DNA of 42,664 bases from a virus (IMGVR_UViG_3300028832_000111); one strand, 5' to 3'. Positions 18,001 through 27,949 are shown, numbered from the stretch's first letter. The notes: generated by a model from the sequence alone, not told the origin. A program made the numbers and translations.

Positions 18001-18874
18001 CGTAACGCTTGTAGTAGTAGTGGAACGGTATGTTCTTGGTGGAACCCATCGCACGCATACGTGTCACTATCTGCTGGCTGCTGTCGGAGGTCTTGACAAT
18101 CTCAAAGAGCGAATGTCCCTGATGGTCTATATCGGAATAACCCTTGCCATAACCCATACGGTACACCTCTGCATCGTCATCATTGACAAGGTTCTTCAGC
18201 GCGAATCCGATATACACATGTCTGCCCTGTATCGAATAGTTGAGGTCAAACACGTCATGTACCATAGCCAGTGCTTCAGCTACGGTGTTGTTGTTGAATG
18301 ACAGCAGCTGATCGTCGGTATGTGTAGTAAGCAAGTCCTGGTGCGGTGCAGGCTGATAGGTGTCGGTATCCACCTCGAACGTCCATACGCCCACGCCATA
18401 CATAGCATCCATACACACCTGCATCTTGGCGGCGAGCACGGATACGGCCGGACGTACCTTGGTCACACCGCCTATAGAGACCTGTGTCTCACCGCAGTAA
18501 AGCTGGAAGACGGTACTTCCGGTGTGGTTGGAGCCAAGGATAGCGTCATAGGTCGATGACGTGATGTCACGCATCGTACAGCGTGCCGTCTCATCGTCAC
18601 CGGGTGAGTTGAACTTGATATCCTCATAGACGAATGCTTCAAGGCTCGTCCCGATACTGGCTTTCTGACGTACAGAAGGGATGTAATTGAGGGTGTAGGT
18701 CTTACCGCGAAAGACGCAGTAATCACCGACGGCGAATGATATGGGTTTCTCGGAGCGTACCGTACACATCACGTACTGCTCCTGCATCATACCGTCAAAG
18801 AAACGCCATTTCTCAACTACGGCACGGGTAGCCCCGTTCTTGGTTTTTATGACCAACGCATACTGGCTACTCAT
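15086..18874 (-). CDS. baseplate hub / Tal-like tail protein, 1262 aa
   Basis: Follows the distal tail gene; TRMRAMGSTKNIP...LQLPG segment and C-terminal LKLWEWLEVPELRYNR...GGG are typical of Bacteroidales phage hub proteins (from memory). Confidence 0.75.
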   Translation of the reverse strand: MSSQYALVIKTKNGATRAVVEKWRFFDGMMQEQYVMCTVRSEKPISFAVGDYCVFRGKTYTLNYIPSVRQKASIGTSLEAFVYEDIKFNSPGDDETARCTMRDITSSTYDAILGSNHTGSTVFQLYCGETQVSIGGVTKVRPAVSVLAAKMQVCMDAMYGVGVWTFEVDTDTYQPAPHQDLLTTHTDDQLLSFNNNTVAEALAMVHDVFDLNYSIQGRHVYIGFALKNLVNDDDAEVYRMGYGKGYSDIDHQGHSLFEIVKTSDSSQQIVTRMRAMGSTKNIPFHYYYKRYGLVSQALFPANLQLPGTFLPEGDPTDTPDAQGYTKWARNNARSSALNAVLGPANDSYIEKGNNAAASDEGVREGSVVFDGSGDVPEIYPTIEGVKISELRDAGVPDQDEQTGQSAYPNYNGNERIDELLAIGHYVDGTLTDDANVGDGVLTESEDNANAKKAVVAARVLTFTTGTGYNDFHWSGNTTKEWRGPSRKLFSVQDVSPGNYFFTPQANQVPYFIFRVQRTESWQGMVKVKYRIEVVQTNKNTGVETTIFSYTTEAFASIYENCTGMMEMTAFPVPLDGQTVPSSLIQVTAYSDITVNFIPVLQLSETGSTHINFTARVNYNPENDKYEPIYIWKGVSDATASEDFHLFVKDMGFNIEAQFGTDTPKLSMKSGSCMGREFEILSGVEEVTYDGKKGYMLRLARAKDDGLGTYYPSSNDTIQAGDRFVLTGINLPDAYIEAAEVRLLDAATEWLSLNSVTRFIYQPVLDDIFLQRNYDRMVAAGQEEDSIFWRLYAGMKFSFFGIPIEGQQTLPEVDITIESVQISMGEGLTPKVELKLNDDIQQSTLKKITRTVDRIANETMFNRLEKANVKHAERADTAHDLDPDSPARQDFLSKRFDDTAKGRIGFNRGIRIGENYQPGLMGAGAAIDENGYGEMRGLKLWEWLEVPELRYNRVSIYTGIRWDTFGGGIIDTVEPNDGSETGTCTLHLEDGEVGAIAVGDLCMGIWHDQSGNAQTTSDDNRGNFLFAGFKTVYFLITSVSGDRNETFTYVLRGQNEGGNGIHPFEGMHFAGRGNVSNTDRQAFIYSTTRYSVALTGVNTWEFQPSNYYYIRGHLDGFSMPAIDEQGQPYLKTFSGVGVVMGNAYIFGEIDQFERLGYHCEIDQSLNGSLAPGETETVTVTVKDGYNADKTSQFTHYSVVRNTGDAASDAVWNAQHTSVTNPFQISFNDLGIDGIRKLLAVFTVTATDEVSGVSAASAEANYYA

Positions 18875-18878
18875 CGTC

Positions 18879-19457
18879 TCACCATGTTAAGTAGTTCAAC
18901 ACATCGACACCGCCCACTGTCACGTAGCTCGGTGTCACATCGGTGACGGGATCCATCACGGTGAACTTCACCTCGAAGTCAGCCACCACGTCATCATCGT
19001 AGTCAGTATGGAAGAATATCTTGTTTCCGACCTTGGATATGACCACATCCTTACGTCCGATACCGGTATCCTCGCTGTAAATCGCGAGCCTGGGATTCAT
19101 CACGGTATCACCTGTCACGCCACTGCCGACACGACCATAGAGGAACTTGATGAAGTTCTTGATTTCAGTACGCACGGTATCATCGGTGACGCTGCTTCCG
19201 TTACGGGTTCTTTTGTAAAGGAATTTCACATCAAGGTCATACTCCTTGATAGGGAGTACCGAGGGGATATAGGCATCCAGACCATGCTGGTCAGCCCAGT
19301 CGCGTGTAGGCAAATCCTTGCGCTCCGGGAAAAGCACAAAGGGACATTCCTCACACACAACATTGAATTTCTCCAACGTGTCAATCGGCTTACCTTTGGT
19401 ATAGGTTGAGCCGTCAAATTCTATCTGCTGAATGTATAACTTGTACGGATTTGCCAT
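18879..19457 (-). CDS. distal tail (Dit)-like protein, 192 aa
   Basis: First co-directional gene after the tape measure; RKDLPTRDWADQHGLDAY segment. Confidence 0.65.
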   Translation of the reverse strand: MANPYKLYIQQIEFDGSTYTKGKPIDTLEKFNVVCEECPFVLFPERKDLPTRDWADQHGLDAYIPSVLPIKEYDLDVKFLYKRTRNGSSVTDDTVRTEIKNFIKFLYGRVGSGVTGDTVMNPRLAIYSEDTGIGRKDVVISKVGNKIFFHTDYDDDVVADFEVKFTVMDPVTDVTPSYVTVGGVDVLNYLTW

Positions 19458-19528
19458 TTGTAAAGATTTTTCATCGCTAATATAGTAAGCAAACCCTCTT
19501 ACGCTTGGGCGTTGTTATTGGTAATCTT
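19456..19528 (-). promoter_or_regulatory. copy 2 of the bipartite late-type motif, upstream of the distal-tail operon
   Basis: AAGATTACCAA (19518-19528), ACTATATT, then GAAAAATCTTTACAAAT (19456-19472; 17-bp exact match to 35065-35081). Confidence 0.75.
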
Positions 19529-19559
19529 GCAGATAAGACAGGTAAATCATGCGAGTGCG

Positions 19560-19592
19560 TTGTAAGCTATGTCATCATGCCATTATTTTTGC
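19560..19592 (+). promoter_or_regulatory. Bacteroidetes sigma-A promoter
   Basis: TTG (19560-19562), 21-nt spacer, TATTTTTGC (19584-19592), 21 nt upstream of ATG 19614. Confidence 0.6.
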
Positions 19593-19613
19593 GGTGGTAA
19601 ACGTTACGACACT

Positions 19614-20114
19614 ATGAATAAACTGAACAAAGAACTTAAGGAACAAGCCATCGGACTTGGCTTGTGCGGACAATGGGCTGAGGAGTGGAATAAGAGCTGG
19701 AACGCGGATGAACTTGCCAAACGGATGTTCTCAGGTATCACGTTCTGTATGCGTAATAACTATCCGGGAAAAGACTTTCTCCTGCAGCATTTTGATTCTA
19801 AGACGTTAATCAAAAACAACGTCATCATTGACTGCCGACACAGCCTCCTCAATCCGAAGAACTCACTGCTTATGGGAGATGCGGAATCCACCATCCGTTT
19901 CAACGGTCTTTCTTTTGGAAGGGTGTATCTACGTGATGGTAGCAAAGCGACACTAACTGCAAAAGGACGGTCTTTCGTTATAGTACATCTTTATGACAAC
20001 GCATCAATAAACGTTGCGCAGTCAGATATCGCCAAGGTGAGCATTGTCGTTCACAGCAGCACCACCCAAGTTGAAATCAGCGGAAGGGTCAAAGTCGTAA
20101 ACCGCATGAAATGA
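19614..20114 (+). CDS. hypothetical protein with C-terminal beta-solenoid-like repeats, 166 aa
   Basis: ATG at 19614 (MNKLNKELK) lies downstream of the promoter; LCGQW motif; V.L.D.S..-type repeats. Confidence 0.75.
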   Translation: MNKLNKELKEQAIGLGLCGQWAEEWNKSWNADELAKRMFSGITFCMRNNYPGKDFLLQHFDSKTLIKNNVIIDCRHSLLNPKNSLLMGDAESTIRFNGLSFGRVYLRDGSKATLTAKGRSFVIVHLYDNASINVAQSDIAKVSIVVHSSTTQVEISGRVKVVNRMK

Positions 20115-20137
20115 CATGCGGAATAGGAGAAAATCAT

Positions 20138-20146
20138 TATATTTGC
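20138..20146 (+). promoter_or_regulatory. Bacteroidetes -7 promoter element
   Basis: TATATTTGC preceded by AAAA, 25 nt upstream of the lipoprotein ATG. Confidence 0.65.
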
Positions 20147-20171
20147 TCCCGTAACAGACAACCAATAGCTT

Positions 20172-20642
20172 ATGAGGAAGATAGTATTACTCCTTGCGGC
20201 GGTCTTGCCGCTTATCGTCATATCCTGTTCAAAAGAGGAGGAAGAGAAGAAACCCCATTGTGAAGTTGTTATATACAACGATATGGATCTCAGCCGGACG
20301 CAGGTAAGCAACGGCAATCTCTATAACGTCACCCTTGGCACCACCAAAGGAGAGATACTGGAGGTGGGGAATATCAACAACGGCAAAAGCGTGAGTTACA
20401 CCATGCCGGAAGGATATACATCGGATGACAGCTTTATCTTCTTCCTCAAGTTGTCACCCAACGGCAATGATTTGTCAACGCAGGGTTATATTCTCCTATA
20501 CTCCGGAAACAATCCTGTCCTTTTTCCTCTGAAGGAAGACAAGCCGGTTGAGATTCATATCACGGAGAATACGGTCGCAAGAAAAAGCAACTACACCAAG
20601 AAAGGAGATTTGATAACGATACTGCAATCTGCAGGGTTATAA
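20172..20642 (+). CDS. lipoprotein (moron-like; possible superinfection exclusion), 156 aa
   Basis: Signal peptide II MRKIVLLLAAVLPLIVIS-C followed by SKEEEE (Bacteroidetes lipoprotein-export-signal-like); has its own promoter and terminator. Confidence 0.8.
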   Translation: MRKIVLLLAAVLPLIVISCSKEEEEKKPHCEVVIYNDMDLSRTQVSNGNLYNVTLGTTKGEILEVGNINNGKSVSYTMPEGYTSDDSFIFFLKLSPNGNDLSTQGYILLYSGNNPVLFPLKEDKPVEIHITENTVARKSNYTKKGDLITILQSAGL

Positions 20643-20644
20643 GA

Positions 20645-20670
20645 AAAGGCGGGATGACCCGCCTTTCTTT
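20645..20670. terminator. bidirectional intrinsic terminator
   Basis: AAAGGCGGG-ATGA-CCCGCCTTT-CTTT between the convergent lipoprotein and tape-measure genes. Confidence 0.85.
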
Positions 20671-23600
20671 ATTGAACTGATACCTTGTCTGTTCCGTTGG
20701 TGATATTCCGGAACCGCGAGTCGATACTCTCTATCTTCTCATACATCGCGCCTCGCCCGTACTGCATCATCTCCATTATCAGCAGCACATTCTGGTCTAT
20801 ACGGTTCAGTGACGTCACTTGCTGTGCGAACTCCTCAACAAAATCCGGCCACATCACACTGATGAACTGCGCCTCCTGCAACCGTACCGCAGCCAGATCC
20901 TGACGAGCGGCGTTGACATATCCCGCTATCAGTCCGGATGTCTCTTCGGTCGTGCCTTGCATACTTGAGGACAAGGTATTTCCTTCGTTCTTATTGGTCA
21001 GGATACCACCCAGAGCACCGTTCAAACCTGTATAGAACTCATTCGCAGCAGTGATGAGCATAGTACCCTTCTCATCGAAGTATTTCTTCGTTTCCTTGAC
21101 CAATTGGGTAGCTGCAGCCTTGGGATTCTCCAGCAGCTCCTGTGTGGAAACAGCACCACCTTGCCAGTTACCGTTCTTATCCTTGGAACCGAACAGTCTC
21201 TGCTGCAGCTCTTCCATCATAGGCTGGATGATACCTATCTTCAGGATGTTGTTTGCCACGCTCTGCATGATGGAACGTACAGCATCCTCAAATGCCTCCG
21301 CAGCATTCTCACCGTTTTCAAAGGCATTCATCAGAGCATCGCTTATCTGGTCAGCCCAACCCTTGACATCGATACCCCACAACTCCTTCGCCATATTCTT
21401 GGCAAACTGGGATATCTGATAGTTGAGCTCGTCTATCTTCTCTTGATACTCTGCGATATCATCATCATCACTGTTGGATTTGCCTTTCTCATCCTCCAGG
21501 TTACTCATCTGACGGTCACGCTCCATCAGCAACGAAGCATACTCGGCTGCATAAGCAGAATTACTCTTGAGTGCAGACTCCATAGCCTGTGCTGTATCCT
21601 CATTGTATTTCCTGGAGTCTTTATATGTGCCATATTGGACAACACGCGGGTCCGCCCCCTGCTTAACCGCCAGTTGCTGCTGAGCGAGCTGTTCCTGTGC
21701 CGCACGGAGAGCTGACACCTCAGACCTCATTATCTCATTGGTCTTGTCATCGGTCTGTGCATAACCAAGGCTATCTTCCTTTATCTGGTCAAGACGTTCT
21801 CTTACGCTTTCGAGAGTCTTGATCATACGTTTGTTGGTCTCAATCTCTTCCTGACGCGACTTGTCACCTTCCATGATGGCACCGGTAATCAGACCGAGAG
21901 CACCGCCAATCACAGCACCCCAAGGTCCGCCGATAGAAAAGCCGGTAGCCGCTCCGGAAAGGGTCTGACCGAACACACCGTCTGAACTGAACTTCTCCGA
22001 TACCTCATCGTTACCGATAGCCTCAAAGAAGTTACCGATAAGACCCATGCCTTGCTGGAACTTCTCCAGGTTCTCGATAGTCTTTGCGATAGCCTGATTG
22101 AACTCCTCCATATTGTCGGCATGTTCCTTATCTTGCTTAGCCCGGTTGGAAGCCTGAATCTCCTCCGGACTGCCTTTCTTATAACGTGCCGCCTCTTCTG
22201 TGTTCTTACGTGAACGAGTACGGTAGTATTCAATAAGACCTTCATAACCTCCACCCAGGAACTGTCCTACGGCAGTATGATTCCCGAGGAATCCGTTTTG
22301 TATGCGGTTACTGTTAGCAGTATTCAGACGTTCTATCTCCGATGCATATTCCTCGGGTGTTATAGCACCAACTTCACGCAGCTGCTCCAGCAGACGTTTG
22401 ATAGCCTTGGTAGCGTTATCAAACTCATCCTGTGACATCGCGATGGCGTTGTTATAGAGGTTGGCATATTCAGCCGACAGCTTCATCTTCTGCCAGTCCG
22501 CCTGTGTGTTGGCACGTTTGCGCATAGCAACCATCTGGGTGACATCAATCGCACCAGAACCGAGCAGACGCCACAGAGACTCATGCTGACGTTTGAGGTC
22601 TGTATCAATGCGTCTCACCTGGTCATCATACGACACAGCTGCAGCAGTGAGATCGGTGAAGTTCTTGACATCCTCCTTGAACAGTTCCTTGTGAGCCTTC
22701 TGCCAGCGTTCATAGAGTTCAACCAGACCTTCTATCTGACTCTTATTCTCTTCAGGAACCGCATTCTTGAACATCTCAAGAACACCTCTCTTGTCAAGAT
22801 AAGGATTTATCTCAACCTCCACACCTCCTGCGGCGGCAAGACGCTCACTGATTTCACGACGGAGAGCGTCAGTGGATGTGCGCAGGTCTTCGTTTGCACC
22901 CAGTCCTGCAAGTCTCAGAGCCAGGTCCTCATCACCGGTAGCCTGACGTACACTACTGAAGATGTCCCACTGACGTTCGAGATTGTCTATTGACTCGTCA
23001 ATGACAGACTTGAACTCCTCGGCGGCACGAGTGAAGTTGTCGAAGCGGGCATCGTTGATGATGGCTACCGCCTGACGATAAACGCGCAGAGCTTCCTGAC
23101 CGTTGTTCTTGCTCTCATCATTCTTCTGTTGCTTATATAGTGCAAGAGCCTCGTCACGTATCTGCTCAACATAAGAGAGGTAATCCTTGATGTTGGTGGC
23201 GTCAAAGTCAAAAGGCAGCTTGGAGTCTGTGCGCCACTCTTCAAACACATCTGCATACTTGGAGTTGACTTCCTCGAAAGCGGATGTGTCACCGACCTGT
23301 TTCTGCCACTTCTCATACCAGTCATAAGCCTCTTTCATTATACGGATACGCTCATCCCAACGTTTCTCGAAGTCGGCCTTATATCCGGTCTGCGTTTTAT
23401 CCTCACCATACTTGAAGCCGAGCTCATTACCTGTCTCAATGGTGATTATCTCAGCATTGAGGTTCTTGAGAGCGGTTGTCAAAGCCTCTCTCTGTGCGGG
23501 ATCAGCGACATACTCAGGTAATGAGTTAAGCCTCTCGGCTATCTTGTCCCTCATCGCTTTAAGCTGATTGAGATTGGAAGACTTTATTTCGATGTCCGGG

Positions 23601-26600
23601 TCAATGTCAAGCTGCCATTTCACCTTCAGTGGTTTGAGGTCATTCGACAACTCCTTTGCGGTCTCATCAAACTCCTTCTTCATAGTCTCGCCCATGAAGC
23701 TGCCGAGGCTGTCGGTAACACTTGCCTGCTGGATCCTGGCGCGGAACTGATTATAGAAGTCCGAATAGCCCCAATCGCCGTTATCCTTCTTCGTTGCTCC
23801 CTGTAACAGTTGCTGCCACGGTGAACGTATCTCAACCATCTCACGAGCGGAGTTCTGCAGACCCTCCTTGAAACCTTGCGTATAGAAGGTAGAAATATCC
23901 TTACCAGCCTTTTTCCATTCGGAAGCCTGGTCCTCGACTATCTTTTTGGCAGCATCAAAGGCTTCATCCGCAGTCCAGTTCTTGTTGTTGGAGGCAGCTT
24001 CCTGCATCGCCTTACTGAACTGGTCTGTGAAGTCCTTGGCCATTTGCTTTATCTTCATGCTTGCCTCATCGGAATCTCCGAACAGGCTGATGAAGTAATC
24101 CAACAGAGGCTTAGCCTGCTGTTCGGTGAGTGAGGCTTCTGAGCGGAAACGGTTGAACGCCTGCATGATGATACTCATACGGGCGTCATCGTTATCACCG
24201 ACACTCTCAACAAAACCTCTGTATTTATCAGCCATACGGTCGAGGTTCTTCAGGATGTCAGCATAGGATGAGATAGCGCTTTTCTTACCAAGATTGATGA
24301 CACCTCTGCCTTGTATCTCGTTCGATGCGTCAGGTGCTAACGCGAAGTCTATGTCCTTATACAGATTCAACGCCTCGACATAGAACTTCTGCAGTTCCTC
24401 TGACCAAGACTTATACAATGTACGTCTGTCTTCATCGGTCATCGACAGGGTTGAGATAAGGTAGTTCTTCAAGGACTCCATCTTCATACCCATCGTATTG
24501 CCTGTGATGACACCTCCGAGTTCTTTATTGAAGTCCTTTATCGTATCCTCAGAAAGCACACCTTTGCTACGTAGCTGCTCCATGCGGTCGCTGATACCAT
24601 CCAGCGCATCTGCGTAATCATTGAGGTTGGTGAGGAAAGACTCACGGAACGGAGAGCCGCCACGAGCACCACGAGCAATAGTCTTCTCGTTGGCTTCCAG
24701 TATGTCATTGGCAAGACGGTAACTCTCCATCTTGCGAATGATAGCCTCAAACTGCTCCTCCTGGGTTTCCAGCTTATATATATCAACCAGGTCGCCGTCA
24801 TAGAAGGGTGACATAGACTGGAGCTTACGTTTCAGTTCATCCAGCTCATAACTGAGGTTGAGCATCTTCATCTGCTCACGGTCGAACTGAATATCATTGA
24901 AGACAACCTCGTGACCGTTGATATACTGCTTGTTTGCTGTCGTGGTAAAGGCGTTACCGTTATACTTGGACATGACACGCGCTATCTCCGACGAATCACG
25001 TTCGGCCTCTTCCGCGAGGCTGTGGGCTACACGTTTGGCTTCACGTGCCATAGACACGTAATGTGTGACGAGAGCTGTGATAGCAGCTATGGCGGCGGTG
25101 ATCCATGTACCGGCTGAAGTAACCAAACCTTTCAAGGAACTACCTATACTCTTCGCTGCAGAGGTCATACCCTGACCGTACTGTCTAAGGGTAGTGTTGG
25201 TGAAGGTGGTCAGCGTGACGTTCTGCTGTGTCTGCATGGCGTTGACAGCCATCAGAGCCAGCTTAAACATACCGAGCGGAACAAGCAGTGACGTAATGAC
25301 CTTGGAGTATTTCTGCCAGTTGCCAGTCAACTCATTGAGAAGGTTGACTCCGGTCATCAGAACACCCTTGTTCTGTTCACCCATCTCTGACATCATAATG
25401 TTGTAGTTGTTACGCAGGTTACGTAACTTACCACCCAGGGTCTCATACTGCTTCTCCTGCATGTTGTAGAACTTACCTCCCTCCTGGTCAAGTTCCATGA
25501 TGACAGCATTGACATCCTCGAAGGAAATATCCCTCTTGGACATTTTCTTGAAGATGTCCTTACGTGTCACATGCTCAGCGGCACGACCGGCACGCTCCTC
25601 TGCATCAGCCAGTCTGTTGTAACGGTCAGCCAGACCACCAATCATATCAATACCGGCCGTCTCGAACTGACGGTTCTGAATACCGGACAGATAACCGTAG
25701 GACCTGGTATGACCATAAGCGAGTATCAGTCGCTGCACGTCAACGGAAAGACCGGCACCGATATCGGACAGAGCCTTCATCGTGCTGTACAGATCCTTCG
25801 TCTCGATACCGAAGGCAGAGAGCTGACGTGTGGATTTCATCAAATCCTGGAAGGTGTACGGTGACATCTGTGACATGTCACGTATCTCGCCATACAGGTC
25901 ATTGGCTGTGGATGCATTACCCACGATGACTTCAAGAGAGCGCTTCTGCAGTTCCAGCTCACCGGTTATGTTCGCCATCTCGGTAGCGAAACGTGAGGCT
26001 GCATAGACAGACAGGTAACGACCCATCATGTTCTTAAGACCACTGAGCGCACCCGACTGCTTCTGTGCCGACTGCGTGGTCTTGTCCATCTGGTCGCCGA
26101 GTTTCTTCTCCGCTTCACGGGCTTGGTTGTCGGCTTTTTCCTTGTCTTTGACAGCCTGCTCGGATGCTTTGATAGCTTGGGATTGTGATGCGGTGGCTTC
26201 CTTGATGTCAGGTTTCAAATCCTTGAACATCCTGCCATCGGCTGTCATACCCTGCTTCTTGTCACCTTCCTGCTTGCTTATCTCATCAAGCAGGTCACGA
26301 ATCTTCTCCAGCTTGGTCTTCGCCTCATCGAGACCGGAGGTGTCAAGACCCAGAGCCTTGGCTTTGCTCGTCTGGTCATCAATCTCCTTGAGCAGAGCCT
26401 GTATATCCTTATACTTGGCTGCAGCATCCTGAACGCTCTTGTTGAGCTGGTTCTGTTCAGTCAGAGCCTTACGGTCTGCACGGTACTTATTCAGGTTCTC
26501 GGCTTTCTGAACCTGAATCTCAGACTGCAGCTTGTTGATGGTCTGAGCGGTGATATTGTTGGAGTCGAACGACTTCAAGAACTCCGAGAGTTCCTTACCG

Positions 26601-27937
26601 GAATACTTCAGAGCCTCTATCTTCTCCTTGGCCTCTTCGAGAATACGTATGATACCCTTCGCGTGTTCGATAGATTGAGGGTTGAAGTTCTCGACCGTGC
26701 CAGCCAAATCAATCTTACCCTGTATCCTGCCTATCTTGGTATCCAGGTCGTTCTGTGCCTTGACAGCTTGCTTGGCGCTCTCGGCTATGTCCTTCTGCTC
26801 CTTGGCAATGGCAGACACACGCTTCTCGTAATTTCTTACGTTATCCTGATAGGACTTGTTGAAGAGGGATGCAGCCTCGGTCTGTGACGAGGATTTGATA
26901 CGGTCAAGGACAGCATCTATCTGCTTGATCATACCCAGCACCTCCTGCGCATGGTCGGGGTTGTTTACACCTTGTGACAGGCTGGTCATCTGCTGACGCA
27001 GTGTCTGCAGACGCTCGGTCTCGGTGATGACCTTCTTGATGGCGTCAACCTCCTGGTCATAGAGCTTGACATTACCGGCGTAGTCACCATGCCACTTGAC
27101 CTGATTGGTATCCACAACACCATGACCCTCCACGACAGCAAGACCCTGACCCTCACGTATCATCTTGAGGTATCCGGCAATCTTCTCGTAATAATCAAGG
27201 AACTGCTGCAGGCGACCGGTGTCGAAACCGTTGTTGAGGTCCTGACCTGCAGCCATCGTTGACTTGATGTCAGTGATACGCTTCTCTATGTCAGCGAGCA
27301 TAGAGCCAGCATCATGCCAGCTCTTGATGTTACGTAAGACGAAGCCACCTTCACCGCCGCCACCTCCACCGGGACCGCCACCGTTGAGTATGTTCAGTGC
27401 AGAAGACAGGGACTTGGCTTTCTGCTCGGTGGTAGCCAGGGCGTTGGACAGCACACTCTCGTCACGTGCCAGCTGCTGTGCGGCTTCGCTGGCATCCTTA
27501 GCCTCTTTCTTGAGTTCCTTGCCGAGCGAACGCCCCATAGCAGTACCCATCGCTTTGGCGAACTTGCCATCGATACGTTCAAGCTCGGTGGTGAGCTTGG
27601 TCATAACATCAAGAGCGGACTGCATGGATGTAGCCAGCGTATCACCAAACTTACCGATACCGCCTGTGCTGATGCTGTTCAGAGCCTTCTCTATCCGTTC
27701 AAGGACAGCAAGGAGGTCGGTATAGTCCTTGGTGCTGCTCTTGGCTCCGGAAGAGTCGGACATCGCCTTCTGCAGACTGTCGAGTTTGGTTGTCAACGCC
27801 TCTATCTTGGCCAGCTGTGAAGAGTCGAGCTTGACCTCGATAGAATAGTCCTTAAGTGATTTGAGAGATTCCTTGATTTCGGTAATCTTACTCGTCACCT
27901 TGTCTTTTATCTGTATCTCAAAGGATAAGGGGTCCAT
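20669..27937 (-). CDS. tail tape measure protein, 2422 aa
   Basis: Very long helical Ala/Glu/Lys-rich ORF; tape-measure domain text (FGIETKDL...LILAYGHTRSYGYLSGIQNRQF); downstream of the chaperone pair. Confidence 0.92.
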   Translation of the reverse strand: MDPLSFEIQIKDKVTSKITEIKESLKSLKDYSIEVKLDSSQLAKIEALTTKLDSLQKAMSDSSGAKSSTKDYTDLLAVLERIEKALNSISTGGIGKFGDTLATSMQSALDVMTKLTTELERIDGKFAKAMGTAMGRSLGKELKKEAKDASEAAQQLARDESVLSNALATTEQKAKSLSSALNILNGGGPGGGGGGEGGFVLRNIKSWHDAGSMLADIEKRITDIKSTMAAGQDLNNGFDTGRLQQFLDYYEKIAGYLKMIREGQGLAVVEGHGVVDTNQVKWHGDYAGNVKLYDQEVDAIKKVITETERLQTLRQQMTSLSQGVNNPDHAQEVLGMIKQIDAVLDRIKSSSQTEAASLFNKSYQDNVRNYEKRVSAIAKEQKDIAESAKQAVKAQNDLDTKIGRIQGKIDLAGTVENFNPQSIEHAKGIIRILEEAKEKIEALKYSGKELSEFLKSFDSNNITAQTINKLQSEIQVQKAENLNKYRADRKALTEQNQLNKSVQDAAAKYKDIQALLKEIDDQTSKAKALGLDTSGLDEAKTKLEKIRDLLDEISKQEGDKKQGMTADGRMFKDLKPDIKEATASQSQAIKASEQAVKDKEKADNQAREAEKKLGDQMDKTTQSAQKQSGALSGLKNMMGRYLSVYAASRFATEMANITGELELQKRSLEVIVGNASTANDLYGEIRDMSQMSPYTFQDLMKSTRQLSAFGIETKDLYSTMKALSDIGAGLSVDVQRLILAYGHTRSYGYLSGIQNRQFETAGIDMIGGLADRYNRLADAEERAGRAAEHVTRKDIFKKMSKRDISFEDVNAVIMELDQEGGKFYNMQEKQYETLGGKLRNLRNNYNIMMSEMGEQNKGVLMTGVNLLNELTGNWQKYSKVITSLLVPLGMFKLALMAVNAMQTQQNVTLTTFTNTTLRQYGQGMTSAAKSIGSSLKGLVTSAGTWITAAIAAITALVTHYVSMAREAKRVAHSLAEEAERDSSEIARVMSKYNGNAFTTTANKQYINGHEVVFNDIQFDREQMKMLNLSYELDELKRKLQSMSPFYDGDLVDIYKLETQEEQFEAIIRKMESYRLANDILEANEKTIARGARGGSPFRESFLTNLNDYADALDGISDRMEQLRSKGVLSEDTIKDFNKELGGVITGNTMGMKMESLKNYLISTLSMTDEDRRTLYKSWSEELQKFYVEALNLYKDIDFALAPDASNEIQGRGVINLGKKSAISSYADILKNLDRMADKYRGFVESVGDNDDARMSIIMQAFNRFRSEASLTEQQAKPLLDYFISLFGDSDEASMKIKQMAKDFTDQFSKAMQEAASNNKNWTADEAFDAAKKIVEDQASEWKKAGKDISTFYTQGFKEGLQNSAREMVEIRSPWQQLLQGATKKDNGDWGYSDFYNQFRARIQQASVTDSLGSFMGETMKKEFDETAKELSNDLKPLKVKWQLDIDPDIEIKSSNLNQLKAMRDKIAERLNSLPEYVADPAQREALTTALKNLNAEIITIETGNELGFKYGEDKTQTGYKADFEKRWDERIRIMKEAYDWYEKWQKQVGDTSAFEEVNSKYADVFEEWRTDSKLPFDFDATNIKDYLSYVEQIRDEALALYKQQKNDESKNNGQEALRVYRQAVAIINDARFDNFTRAAEEFKSVIDESIDNLERQWDIFSSVRQATGDEDLALRLAGLGANEDLRTSTDALRREISERLAAAGGVEVEINPYLDKRGVLEMFKNAVPEENKSQIEGLVELYERWQKAHKELFKEDVKNFTDLTAAAVSYDDQVRRIDTDLKRQHESLWRLLGSGAIDVTQMVAMRKRANTQADWQKMKLSAEYANLYNNAIAMSQDEFDNATKAIKRLLEQLREVGAITPEEYASEIERLNTANSNRIQNGFLGNHTAVGQFLGGGYEGLIEYYRTRSRKNTEEAARYKKGSPEEIQASNRAKQDKEHADNMEEFNQAIAKTIENLEKFQQGMGLIGNFFEAIGNDEVSEKFSSDGVFGQTLSGAATGFSIGGPWGAVIGGALGLITGAIMEGDKSRQEEIETNKRMIKTLESVRERLDQIKEDSLGYAQTDDKTNEIMRSEVSALRAAQEQLAQQQLAVKQGADPRVVQYGTYKDSRKYNEDTAQAMESALKSNSAYAAEYASLLMERDRQMSNLEDEKGKSNSDDDDIAEYQEKIDELNYQISQFAKNMAKELWGIDVKGWADQISDALMNAFENGENAAEAFEDAVRSIMQSVANNILKIGIIQPMMEELQQRLFGSKDKNGNWQGGAVSTQELLENPKAAATQLVKETKKYFDEKGTMLITAANEFYTGLNGALGGILTNKNEGNTLSSSMQGTTEETSGLIAGYVNAARQDLAAVRLQEAQFISVMWPDFVEEFAQQVTSLNRIDQNVLLIMEMMQYGRGAMYEKIESIDSRFRNITNGTDKVSVQ

Positions 27938-27949
27938 AGTCGAAGTGTT

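Noticed and set aside
4022-18874. A second VR in other tail genes
   Set aside because: No other WLFGG...SARL-like segment or copy of the TR was seen by eye. A BLASTN-short search of the whole genome is needed to exclude remote targets.
27340-27385. Gly-rich GC runs in the tape measure and scaffold (34690-34730) genes
   Set aside because: In-frame low-complexity linkers with no frameshift or repeat-array signature.
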